The notes under the pieces were generated by a model. That model ran no database searches and was not told the origin of the DNA. It saw nothing but the letters and a program-made list of their open reading frames with translations. A program made the position numbers and the translations under genes. A stretch of DNA of 34,618 nucleotides, from IMG/VR virus record IMGVR_UViG_3300005805_000251, positions 1 to 34,618 of that record; one strand, 5' to 3'. Positions 17,548 through 26,874 of the stretch are shown in pieces. The DNA comes from a virus (Duplodnaviria > Caudoviricetes). The number at the start of each line of letters is the position of its first letter. Position 1 is the stretch's first letter.

Positions 17548-18785
17548 AAAAAGTATCAGCAAATCTTTCTAAATCATTTTTAATTGTTACTTCACAACAA
17601 ACTGACCCAAATAAATTTGCATGCGCCGTTAAAGATACTGGTTTAGATATGTCTACACGATATTATACATTTGGAACTACTTTATTTTTTCAGCCAAAAA
17701 GTACAACAGCAAGGCAGTCTGCTGGCATAGCATTTTTTACAGACCCTACATCAAAAACTGGATACTTTATTAGAATAAAAACATCCCAAACCGCTGGCAT
17801 ATTCGGAGATGAATTCAGGATATTTAAATTAAAAAATGGCATAGTTGAAAAAACATTTAATGATAATGTAGACGTTACAAAAAATACAATAGCAATTCAA
17901 GAAGGAAAATCTTATAAGCTAGATGTATTTGTAAGTCATGATGGTTCTACTGTAAAAATAAATGCTTTCATAAATGGAATACTTGTGCAGGCGGAAGATG
18001 CTACATCTGTTTTGCCTAAAACTTCTAACATGTCATTATTTACAAATTTAGGATCTGGCTATTTTGATTACGCATATGCAATAAAAATAACAGACAAACA
18101 ATTCGACGCTCCCGTGCTTACAGATATTTACGATTCTCAATTTTTAAAAAGCATGATAACTTTAAATTATGGAGAATTTTTTACAAATGGAATATCACAA
18201 ATTCCTTCAAATACAAAAGATGTATATGTTGAAGAATTTGGCTCTATTGCAAGAGAGATTAGATATGTTAAAAAGAGATACGATACTCCTCCATCTATAC
18301 CAAAATTTACGTTTGAAAATTTAAATACTTCTGTAAAAGTCCTTGCTGCAAATCTTATGCCATTTGAAGCTGAACTTTACGTAATAAACAATTCTGGAAC
18401 TTCTAATTTAATAGATTCTTCCAGAGGGACTCAGATAAATGTAGTCGGAAATAATTTAATAAAAAATAGCGGAATAATATATCAAGATGATACTATTAAT
18501 AAATACGATGCTCAAGAGCCAATTGTATTCGAATCTCAGTGGATACAAAATGCTGCCGATGCAGAAGAGCTGTCTAGATTTATAAAAACTCAATGGAGTA
18601 AAAGTTCAATTATTTTGGAACTGTCAATTTTTGGTAATCCATTGATATCAGTCTATGATATTATAAAAATAGATCATCAGTTCAGCGAAATAAGCCCTGA
18701 TCAAAAGTTTGTAGTGACCAGCGTAAGACACTCATGGAATGATGGATTGGAGACCAGTATAACAGCTAGATCAATAGTTGCTTAA
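17544..18785 (+). CDS. Minor tail protein: ConA-like lectin domain plus hub C-terminal domain
   Basis: The N-terminal beta-sandwich pattern (SAGIAFF...GYFIRI...EGKSYKLDV...INAFINGILV) is lectin-like. The C-terminus 'ESQWIQN..DAEEL...IFGNPLISVYDII...FVVTSVRHSW' is hub-like. ATGA overlap, SD AAAGGA. Confidence 0.58.
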   Translation: MKKVSANLSKSFLIVTSQQTDPNKFACAVKDTGLDMSTRYYTFGTTLFFQPKSTTARQSAGIAFFTDPTSKTGYFIRIKTSQTAGIFGDEFRIFKLKNGIVEKTFNDNVDVTKNTIAIQEGKSYKLDVFVSHDGSTVKINAFINGILVQAEDATSVLPKTSNMSLFTNLGSGYFDYAYAIKITDKQFDAPVLTDIYDSQFLKSMITLNYGEFFTNGISQIPSNTKDVYVEEFGSIAREIRYVKKRYDTPPSIPKFTFENLNTSVKVLAANLMPFEAELYVINNSGTSNLIDSSRGTQINVVGNNLIKNSGIIYQDDTINKYDAQEPIVFESQWIQNAADAEELSRFIKTQWSKSSIILELSIFGNPLISVYDIIKIDHQFSEISPDQKFVVTSVRHSWNDGLETSITARSIVA

Positions 18786-18786
18786 A

Positions 18787-18795
18787 TGGTATAAT
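18787..18795 (+). promoter_or_regulatory. Extended -10 promoter, probably leaderless
   Basis: TGGTATAAT, then six A residues and ATG at 18802; no SD. Confidence 0.6.
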
Positions 18796-18801
18796 AAAAA
18801 A

Positions 18802-19155
18802 ATGGCTAAAGATAAAGTAAAAATATCTAAAAATGAGGTAGACAGTAACCCTCCATTATTTGCTGCTTTTGGAGACCCTAGAACAGAAACTATAGATCCA
18901 AGAGAGTTAAGATATAGCAATTTGGTATCTAAAGCTGCTTTTGCTTTTGGTGTTGGCCAAGAAGAATTTAATGACCCAGGCGATCCAGAAGAACCAAGTT
19001 TATCAAAATTACTACCACAACTTTCAGATATATCTATAGTTTCAGAAGAATTTGATTACAGCACCACCCCAGCAACAATTAAACTTAAACTTAAAATAAC
19101 TGATTCTACTGGAGAGGTTGTAAAAGGAATAAGAGGAAGGGTTCCACCATTATGA
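18802..19155 (+). CDS. Hypothetical tail-module protein (start revised from 18778 to 18802)
   Basis: ORF within the tail module. ATG 18802 is preferred because the upstream extension runs through the promoter. Confidence 0.6.
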   Translation: MAKDKVKISKNEVDSNPPLFAAFGDPRTETIDPRELRYSNLVSKAAFAFGVGQEEFNDPGDPEEPSLSKLLPQLSDISIVSEEFDYSTTPATIKLKLKITDSTGEVVKGIRGRVPPL

Positions 19156-20027
19156 TAACAAAATTTGGGAAAAGATTTTTGACTACATGTATAGCTGGAA
19201 TGAATTCTTTTAATAGACAAACATTGGCTATAGGAATAGATTCAACAGCAGTTAATTCAAGTGGAAACGACACAAGGCTCGGATTTGAATTTTATAGGGT
19301 TCCAGTTTCTTACGGCGGCATCGACATACAAACTTCTGGAGGCATTACAACTTATGCCGTAGTTTACAAAGCCACTATTCCTCAAGATGTTGCTGGGACT
19401 ATTACTGAGATTGGTCTATATCCACAAGCCAGAACTTCTGTAAACAACTATGATAGTAAATTTTTAGCAGACTTTGAAGATAATTTAACATGGACCGATT
19501 CTTCTGGTGGTTTCCCAGGAACAGCGACATCCCCAACTCCAAGAATAGGTGCCAGCACAGTTTCAGTTACTTGCACGGCTAACTCAATAAAAGAATATAA
19601 GTCCTCAATCCCACTTATGGATATAGGAGGTTATAGCGGAAACGACACATTAACTCTTGCAATTAATCAAGCGGATTCAAATTTAGATTACATAAATGTA
19701 AGACTATATTCTTCAGACACAGCATACTATCAAGTTTCTTTTGATGGATCAGAAATAGATACTGGAACTGGAAACAAAATACTATCCAGGGCTTTATCTA
19801 CAATGACTTCGGTAAATAGTCCAGGTGCATTGATATCAAAAATTTCTATAGTAGTAGCAGCAAAATCTTCTGGCACATCTGTAGTTTATTTTGACGGGAT
19901 AAGAATAAATGATGAAGATACATTTGATCCAACATTCGGAATAATAGCTAGATCAACAGTATCTCCAATTACAAAAATATTTGGTAGACCATTAGATATA
20001 GAATATAAATTAGGAATTAACTTTTAA
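19152..20027 (+). CDS. Minor tail/baseplate protein (tail-collar fibre N-terminal-like)
   Basis: MITKFGKRFL...LAIG...DTRLGFEFYRVPV...YKATIP...GTITEIGLY resembles DUF3751/tail-collar-type N-termini, with an inserted beta-sandwich domain. Confidence 0.55.
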   Translation: MITKFGKRFLTTCIAGMNSFNRQTLAIGIDSTAVNSSGNDTRLGFEFYRVPVSYGGIDIQTSGGITTYAVVYKATIPQDVAGTITEIGLYPQARTSVNNYDSKFLADFEDNLTWTDSSGGFPGTATSPTPRIGASTVSVTCTANSIKEYKSSIPLMDIGGYSGNDTLTLAINQADSNLDYINVRLYSSDTAYYQVSFDGSEIDTGTGNKILSRALSTMTSVNSPGALISKISIVVAAKSSGTSVVYFDGIRINDEDTFDPTFGIIARSTVSPITKIFGRPLDIEYKLGINF

Positions 20028-23000
20028 TGTCAAAACCACAAGATCTTAAGTTTAATCCAAGTGAACCAGATAAAAATAACGAATATATTTTTATTGATAT
20101 AAGTCCTCTTAAAGTTGGAACTCCATACAAGTTTCAATTTCAATGGATTTTTGAAAAAGACGAACTTAATGATTTTGTAGGGGACAATTGGTCTGCCACA
20201 TATAACTACACTTCTAAAAGCGCCGCAGGACCCACACCAGTTACAAATTTAACTGCAAATTGGAAAGATGATTCAAACAATAAAACAAAAAATTTATATG
20301 TAAGATTTAATCATGATAATGATTTAAATAATGGAACAAATAATAATACTGGAGTAGATAGATATAGAATAGAGCTATATCATGCAAAAGATACTCCACA
20401 ACAATTGTATAAAGTTTATTACTTAACTAATTTTAGTAAAACAAGTAATAGTAAAGTATTTATCTTAGATGAAGAAACAAATTCAAGAGATTTCAATTTT
20501 AAGACACAGTTTACCGTTGTTGTAACAGCAGTAGATCCAGTAAATAGAACAGAGAGCACACCAGTCAGCGTATTGTCTGAAATTTATGAAATACAACTAA
20601 GTCCTCCACAAATAACCGCAGTAGCAGGGGTATCTTCATATTCAATCACTTGGAGCAATCCAGAGGCTGATGTTAACCTTGGATGGAAGGGGCAAATTCA
20701 TATATTTGAAGATGTAGACGGCGTCCCAGTACAATTTAATGGAGTTGGACAAGGAAATACAAAGCCTGTTACTATTTTTACATTAGAAAATAATAAAAGA
20801 TATGTAAAGGCAAAATTTTCAGATGGTAAAAATACCTTTACAGACTTTGGAAATACTGTGGAAGTTACACCTAAATCTGGAGACCCTACAGACGAAACCC
20901 CACCAGCAGTACCAACAGTAAATTTTGTATCTTCAACTTCTACATCTATAACTGTTAACATTGTAAATGCAGACACAGACGCTAAAGGACATAGGCTTAG
21001 ATTTAAAGAATCTGGATCTGGCTCTGTTGCTTATCAAACAGATGTTGTATATTCTATAGGAACAACTACTCCTTATACATTTGGCAATTTAAAACCTAAT
21101 ACAACATATAATATTTCAGCAGCATCATTCGATAATGCAAATAATTTAAGTGCATTTTCTTCTCCAGATATTAATGGGACTACTCAAACTTTAGTAGTAA
21201 ATCCTCCAACTGGAGTTACTTTAACTGCGACAGCTTCTGGAGTACTTGGATCTTGGACCGCACCAGCAGTACAACCTGCAAGAGTAGATAAATATAAAAT
21301 AGAATTATGGCAAGATTTAGCAACAGATGTTTTATTAACTACTGAATTTGCCTTTAGCACGAATATATCATTTGGCGGCCTTGCAGCAGGAACATATTAT
21401 GTTAAAGTACAAACTCAAGATATTTATGGAACATTAAGTACTGCTGTTCAAAGTAACAGTGTATCTGTAACTGGAACTAGCCCCACAGATGGTTTAGTTC
21501 CAGCAAGCTCACCAGCAGCAATAGTTAATCCTTTATATGGCGCCCTTGAAGTTAAATGGACAGGAATTTCTAATGCAGACCCAGTAACATATGAAATTCA
21601 TTTATCTACAACAAATAACTTTACTCCATCACCATCAACATTAGCTCTTCAATCGGCTGGAACATTTGCAATAATAAAAACTTTACCAGGAACATCTACT
21701 GCATTAACATATGGGACAACCTACTATATAAAAATATTAGCCAAGGATGAAGATGGCCCTGCAACCTCTTACGGATCTCAGGGGTCAGGAGCGCCTTCTG
21801 CAATTGATAACGGGGACATTGCTGCAAATGCAATACGTGCAAATGTTATAAGAGCTGGCGAAATAACAGCAGATCAAATAAACTCAGCAGCTTTATTAGC
21901 AAATAAAATTATTACTGTCGGAGGAAGATCCGCAGTAGTTACGTCGGCTTTGGTATCTGGTGGCAACATAACATATACAACATCTGGGACTCATGGCTTT
22001 GGAATTGGCACATTGGTATCAGTAGATGGAATGTCCACTGCAGCATTTAATATTACAAATTTTGCGATACAGTCCACAACAGCAAACACATTCGTTGTTG
22101 TGGTAGGAGGATCTGGTGCTTCTGGGTCTTTATCAAATCAAACTGGCGTAGCCACTTCTACTGTAAGTTCTGCAATTAAAATAGATGCGTCTGGTACTGG
22201 TCTTTCAGGAAGTCCATTTAAATTTTACAGCGGAACAGGGACTTATTCAGACGCTGGAACAAGCCCAGGAACTCCTTTCTATTTAGATACAAATGGAAGA
22301 TTTTCTTTAAGAGATAAACTTTATTTTGATGGATCTGCTCTCACAGTCAATGGAACTATAAATGCTTTAGCTGGAGATTTTCAAGGCGCAGTAAAAGTAA
22401 ACAATGGAACAATGTTAATAGGTAAAGGTGTAAATGCAGTAAATGTCCCATCATCTGGACAATCTGCAGGGTCTTTAGATGGAATATATATAAACACAAA
22501 TAACTATTGGTTTTCAAATGGATTATTTTCTGTAGGTGGTGCAAACAGTACTGCATCTTGGAATGGCACTACGTTTAGAGTACAAGGCGAAATTAATGCT
22601 GCCTCTGGAACAATTACTGGAAATCTAACAATGACTAGCGGAGGATCTATAATAGCCAGAACTGTTGCAAATTCATTAAATTATGTAACGTTAAGTTATG
22701 CTGGTCTTTTTGCATATGGATTAAATGCAGGAGGAACTGCCGCTGAGGTTACAACTCAAATAATTTCAAACGCTGGAGCAAATTCTCCAACATTTACAAC
22801 AACCAGAGCGCTAATTGGAAACTGGACTGTAAATGCTTCAACTATATCTTCAACAGCAGGCAGTGGCGGGAATATCACATTAAATTCAGCAACGCCAATA
22901 ATAACTGCAAACAATGGAAATAATTACGTAGGAATTAAACCAAAATCTACATCAGATTCAGATATAGTTTTGTGGGCTGGTTTGTCATCAGATGGAACAG

Positions 23001-23512
23001 GAACTCCAAACTTTAGAGTAGATGCGCTAGGCAAACTAGATGCAAGAGATGCAAATATCAGAGGAAAGATAAATGCTGGAAGCGGAGTTACACTAATAAC
23101 AATTGGAGAAAACGTTTCTGGAACAAATCATGGAATACATATAGCAAATAATAATGACTATATATATAGTAGCGGAGATTTTAAATTAGGCAATGGAAGA
23201 TTGACAAATACATCAACTGGTTTAACAATTGCAGGAGCTACTACAATTAATGGTGGAGATGTAACTTTTCAAGTTACTAGTACCCTAGAATCAGATAGTA
23301 ATAGCTTTGCAGGAGACCCAACATTTACTTTAAACACAAGCAATAAGGTGACTCTTGGAAGAAGATTTTTATTTAACGGAACAAACAATGTGCCAAATAA
23401 TCCTACTAATTTTGGAATAAGTCCAAATCGTTCTGATGAAGGAAACTGGACAACAACTAGTGGAACAACGTCCACCAAAGTTAAAGTTGGCGATATATGT
23501 TTCATCTACTAG
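20027..23512 (+). CDS. Large FN3-domain tail fibre / host-specificity protein (1161 aa)
   Basis: Multiple fibronectin type III signatures (FGNLKPNTTYNISAASFD, FGGLAAGTYYVKVQ, LTYGTTYYIKILAKD), then GEITADQI-type beta-helix segments and a Gly/Asn/Thr-rich C-terminus. Confidence 0.8.
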   Translation: MSKPQDLKFNPSEPDKNNEYIFIDISPLKVGTPYKFQFQWIFEKDELNDFVGDNWSATYNYTSKSAAGPTPVTNLTANWKDDSNNKTKNLYVRFNHDNDLNNGTNNNTGVDRYRIELYHAKDTPQQLYKVYYLTNFSKTSNSKVFILDEETNSRDFNFKTQFTVVVTAVDPVNRTESTPVSVLSEIYEIQLSPPQITAVAGVSSYSITWSNPEADVNLGWKGQIHIFEDVDGVPVQFNGVGQGNTKPVTIFTLENNKRYVKAKFSDGKNTFTDFGNTVEVTPKSGDPTDETPPAVPTVNFVSSTSTSITVNIVNADTDAKGHRLRFKESGSGSVAYQTDVVYSIGTTTPYTFGNLKPNTTYNISAASFDNANNLSAFSSPDINGTTQTLVVNPPTGVTLTATASGVLGSWTAPAVQPARVDKYKIELWQDLATDVLLTTEFAFSTNISFGGLAAGTYYVKVQTQDIYGTLSTAVQSNSVSVTGTSPTDGLVPASSPAAIVNPLYGALEVKWTGISNADPVTYEIHLSTTNNFTPSPSTLALQSAGTFAIIKTLPGTSTALTYGTTYYIKILAKDEDGPATSYGSQGSGAPSAIDNGDIAANAIRANVIRAGEITADQINSAALLANKIITVGGRSAVVTSALVSGGNITYTTSGTHGFGIGTLVSVDGMSTAAFNITNFAIQSTTANTFVVVVGGSGASGSLSNQTGVATSTVSSAIKIDASGTGLSGSPFKFYSGTGTYSDAGTSPGTPFYLDTNGRFSLRDKLYFDGSALTVNGTINALAGDFQGAVKVNNGTMLIGKGVNAVNVPSSGQSAGSLDGIYINTNNYWFSNGLFSVGGANSTASWNGTTFRVQGEINAASGTITGNLTMTSGGSIIARTVANSLNYVTLSYAGLFAYGLNAGGTAAEVTTQIISNAGANSPTFTTTRALIGNWTVNASTISSTAGSGGNITLNSATPIITANNGNNYVGIKPKSTSDSDIVLWAGLSSDGTGTPNFRVDALGKLDARDANIRGKINAGSGVTLITIGENVSGTNHGIHIANNNDYIYSSGDFKLGNGRLTNTSTGLTIAGATTINGGDVTFQVTSTLESDSNSFAGDPTFTLNTSNKVTLGRRFLFNGTNNVPNNPTNFGISPNRSDEGNWTTTSGTTSTKVKVGDICFIY

Positions 23513-23520
23513 GATAGAAC

Positions 23521-26472
23521 ATGCCAAAAATTTATAGACTTAATGCTTCAGGACAATGGACTCCTCTATCAAGAATTTATCGATTGAATTCTTCAGGCCA
23601 ATGGGTTCCTTTAAAAACAGTATATAGGCTTAATGCTTCAGGTCAGTGGCTACCAGTATTTACTTCACAGGCCACCCCAGCTAAAACAACAGATCCAGTT
23701 CTACAAAATCAAATTAGTCGTCGTGATGATTTTTATAGCGAAGATGTTTTAACTTTAACTAGGGGAGCCTATACAAATACTACTGCAAATACAAATACTA
23801 CATATAGAATGACTATCTATAAAAGTATAAATTCAACAGTAGCTTTGTCTTCATGGACTGTTGCTTCAAGATCAACATTTAATGGTTCAAACTCCACAGC
23901 AACTACATCAATAAATTATACAATAACAGATCAAGATGCAAAAGATGGCTACTACTTTGCAGCAGAGGTAAGAGTTGACAATGATGCTTCTAATCCTAAT
24001 TCAGACAAATTTGATTTTGAAACACTATTGTCTGGGGGCGGCCAACAAAGAGTTTTATCTAGAATGTTTTTTGAAACGTCATCTTTTACAGCAACTACTA
24101 CTGCCACTGGAGCTACGCTTAGCTGGTTCACAAGTGGCGTACCAGACTCAAGTTTTATATATCAAAATCTATCAAATTCAGCTTCTATAGTTAGGATAAC
24201 CGTTGCTGCTGGAGGAGCATTTGTAGTCGATGTTCCAGCATATTATAGCAATTTTAGTAATGGAAACGCAACAGTGCCAGTTGGCACACTAACTCCATCT
24301 ACAGTATACAGGGCGGATCTAATATTAATTGGTAATGATGGATGGAAAACTACTAACAGTCAGACTAAAAGTAATAAAGGGGCAGTGACTTCTGGGGTTA
24401 CATTTATAACATTTACAACAAAAGATCCCGCTCCAATCAATTCAGTTCCGCCAACTATAAGTCCTTTAAATAGCAGAGGTAGACCTCCAGTATCAACAGT
24501 GTTAACTCTAAGCCAAGGCACATGGACAAATGTTAATGCAGGCACAGTTTATAGCTATAAATTTTATTTGCAAGAACCTACTTTTACTCTGCCACCACAA
24601 CTTGTAAGCTCATCAAACATTTACACAGCGGCTTCTGATAAAAGTAATCATGAAATATTTGGAAGAGTTGGAGCAAAAAATACAAATAGTAATGAGACTT
24701 TGGTAACAACACAAACATACATTTTAGACCCCGCCGTGACAGTAACTGGAGTAACTCCAACAACTGCAACTCTAAATGTTGCAACAAATTTTACTTTTAC
24801 TGTTTCAAATTATCCAACACAATATACTGTAGATTGGGGAGATGGTACATCAACAAATTCAGGAGCATTGACTGCTGCAAGCGTTTCTCCAACTTTATCA
24901 AAAACATATACTTCGAGTGGAACTAAAATTGTAAAGGTTACGGCACAACCAGGAAATATTCAAAGCACTACAAATGTTATTGTAAGCGTGCCAGCACCTA
25001 GTGCTTCTGGATTTGCAAAATCAGACGGCACAATAATCCCAAGCCAACCAAGTACTATATCATTTTCTTCAAGTAATAATATAGTTACCTCTAGCTGGAC
25101 AAATGGAAGTCCGATAACTTCTGTAAATTTTGCAGGATCTGGTGCTGGTGTTAATACTAACTATACAGATACCACAGATCCATTCATGACTTCAGACATG
25201 TCTAACTATTCTTCTAGCGGCACATATACTGCAACAGTGACAAATTATAATAATTCAAGACAGGTTAATGTTTCCTGGAATCAATCAAATGCTCAAAGCT
25301 ATACTATTACTTATAATAGTAATATTTTTGGAGATGATTTTGTTAGTGCTAATAATAGTGGAAGTAGTGTTTCTGTTAGTATCCCCTGGTCAAGTGGAAT
25401 GGGAACTTTTTCTTGGAAAGCTTTAACTTTATATTCTGGACAAAATCAAACTGGAACGTCTACATTTTACTCCAATCCTTCCCCAGGTGGAGTAATTCCA
25501 CAACAACAGTCGTCCGAAAGAACAAATACAACATCTTTAACCTACATAGCTCCCAGTGTTCAATTTACTGGGTCTCAAAGAAGAACCACTCTCCCGTCGG
25601 CCTTTTCAAGCGGTACAATTATTTTTATCACAACAAATGGATATATAGGAATTGGTGCATCGTCTAATCCTGGAACAAGTGGAAACTATGTTGTTCCAAA
25701 TTCGGGACTGTACTTGATGCCACTCTCAGAAGATTTAGTACAAACAGAATTGTATACCTATACAGACGTTAATAATTTTTATGTTAGGTGGAGGGGTTAC
25801 GCATACGGGGCTCCAGCAGAAACAGTAGATTATCAAGTTAAATTCTGGTATAACTCTACAAGCGTAGATGTTCATTTTGTTCAAAATTTATTAAGTGCAG
25901 CTAATGCCCCAAGTACAACAGCAGTTAAAAATAGTGGATCTGAATTTAGAAATTGGTCTAGTTCAACATCTCAATCTTCCAGCCTAATATCTTTAGGCAG
26001 TATGACAAGAAATACATCAAGAGATAATTTTGATGACAACTATACTCAAATTACCGCAAGCGTACCAGCCGCACCATTCTTCCCGTTCTTCCCACCATTC
26101 TTCCCGTTCTTCCCGCCATTCTTCCCATTCTTCCCACCCTTCTTCCCGTTCTTCCCACCTTACTTCCCAACATTTGGTAGCGTACTAGCCGCACCTACAA
26201 ATGTTCAAGTAAGTGGTTCGGGATTAGTAACTTGGACTCATGCTGGAGCAAGCACATTTAATATAGAGTTCTTTACAGCAGGCAATAGCACTGGTTCGGG
26301 AGCTGCTGGTCCTTATACTCAATCTACTACAGTAAATGGTTCATATCAATTGGTAAGTCCATATGGAGGATCAGGTGCTAACTGGGCTAGGGCAAGGGTA
26401 AGAGCAAGTAATGGAGGAACAAACGTTTCAGCATACTCGGCATGGTTCCCATCAGAGACAACTTATGTATAG
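23521..26472 (+). CDS. Putative tail fibre/adhesin with Ig-like, PKD, NIDO-like and FN3 domains and a Pro-Phe repeat (983 aa)
   Basis: Ser/Thr-rich; YTVDWGDGT..SKTYTSSGTKIVKVTA (PKD); APINSVPPTIS..TLSQGTWTN (Ig-like); C-terminal AAPTNVQVS..VTW..RVRASN (FN3). Confidence 0.72.
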   Translation: MPKIYRLNASGQWTPLSRIYRLNSSGQWVPLKTVYRLNASGQWLPVFTSQATPAKTTDPVLQNQISRRDDFYSEDVLTLTRGAYTNTTANTNTTYRMTIYKSINSTVALSSWTVASRSTFNGSNSTATTSINYTITDQDAKDGYYFAAEVRVDNDASNPNSDKFDFETLLSGGGQQRVLSRMFFETSSFTATTTATGATLSWFTSGVPDSSFIYQNLSNSASIVRITVAAGGAFVVDVPAYYSNFSNGNATVPVGTLTPSTVYRADLILIGNDGWKTTNSQTKSNKGAVTSGVTFITFTTKDPAPINSVPPTISPLNSRGRPPVSTVLTLSQGTWTNVNAGTVYSYKFYLQEPTFTLPPQLVSSSNIYTAASDKSNHEIFGRVGAKNTNSNETLVTTQTYILDPAVTVTGVTPTTATLNVATNFTFTVSNYPTQYTVDWGDGTSTNSGALTAASVSPTLSKTYTSSGTKIVKVTAQPGNIQSTTNVIVSVPAPSASGFAKSDGTIIPSQPSTISFSSSNNIVTSSWTNGSPITSVNFAGSGAGVNTNYTDTTDPFMTSDMSNYSSSGTYTATVTNYNNSRQVNVSWNQSNAQSYTITYNSNIFGDDFVSANNSGSSVSVSIPWSSGMGTFSWKALTLYSGQNQTGTSTFYSNPSPGGVIPQQQSSERTNTTSLTYIAPSVQFTGSQRRTTLPSAFSSGTIIFITTNGYIGIGASSNPGTSGNYVVPNSGLYLMPLSEDLVQTELYTYTDVNNFYVRWRGYAYGAPAETVDYQVKFWYNSTSVDVHFVQNLLSAANAPSTTAVKNSGSEFRNWSSSTSQSSSLISLGSMTRNTSRDNFDDNYTQITASVPAAPFFPFFPPFFPFFPPFFPFFPPFFPFFPPYFPTFGSVLAAPTNVQVSGSGLVTWTHAGASTFNIEFFTAGNSTGSGAAGPYTQSTTVNGSYQLVSPYGGSGANWARARVRASNGGTNVSAYSAWFPSETTYV
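23527..23661 (+). repeat. Three 45-bp (15-aa) tandem repeats at fibre N-terminus
   Basis: KIYRLNASGQWTPLS / RIYRLNSSGQWVPLK / TVYRLNASGQWLPVF. Confidence 0.88.
26074..26169 (+). repeat. 21-bp tandem repeat encoding (PFFPFFP)x4 + PYFP
   Basis: CCNTTCTTCCCRTTCTTCCCR occurs four times plus a partial unit; nearly pure pyrimidine. Confidence 0.95.
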
Positions 26473-26480
26473 GATATATT

Positions 26481-26630
26481 ATGACAAATGATAAAAAGAT
26501 ATCTATTATAAATGATAGAATAAGGTTTTATGAGGAAGAAAAGTCTTCTTTGCAAGACCAGGATAAAATTAATAATATAAATAAAATAATTGAAGCTTTA
26601 AACCAACATCTATTGACTATAGGTCAATAA
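26481..26630 (+). CDS. Small coiled-coil hypothetical protein (49 aa; start revised to 26481)
   Basis: ATG 26481 follows AGGA and avoids overlap with the fibre gene; MTNDKKISIINDRI... Confidence 0.6.
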   Translation: MTNDKKISIINDRIRFYEEEKSSLQDQDKINNINKIIEALNQHLLTIGQ

Positions 26631-26640
26631 ATGATATAAT
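26613..26640 (+). promoter_or_regulatory. Promoter with an overlapping inverted repeat
   Basis: TTGACT (26613-26618), 16-nt spacer, TATAAT (26635-26640), with a TG extension. TATTGAC-N5-GTCAATA (26611-26629) covers the -35 element. Confidence 0.68.
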
Positions 26641-26656
26641 ATCAAAGGAGGAAAAA

Positions 26657-26872
26657 ATGGCATACGAGTTAACGCAAGACGAAAAGGCTGGCATTATAAA
26701 CACCCAATTTAGAAATGTCTCATATAGAAAATATGCACATGAGATAGATCTAATTGTAGAAAATGCTGCCCCCACACCAGACGCATCAAGAATATTAGAA
26801 ATTAATGCAGAAATTGCAAAATGTGATAGCCAACTAAGCGCTCTTACAGCAGAACTAGAAAGTCTATCTTAA
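26657..26872 (+). CDS. Small helical hypothetical protein
   Basis: 71 aa, SD AAGGAGG, coiled-coil C-terminus. Confidence 0.75.
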   Translation: MAYELTQDEKAGIINTQFRNVSYRKYAHEIDLIVENAAPTPDASRILEINAEIAKCDSQLSALTAELESLS

Positions 26873-26874
26873 TA

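Noticed and set aside
26074-26169. PF repeat (and the 27-bp TMP repeat) as a CRISPR array or DGR template/variable repeat
   Set aside because: These are in-frame coding tandem repeats with no unique spacers and no adenine-specific mismatch pattern. No cas or reverse transcriptase gene is present in the window.
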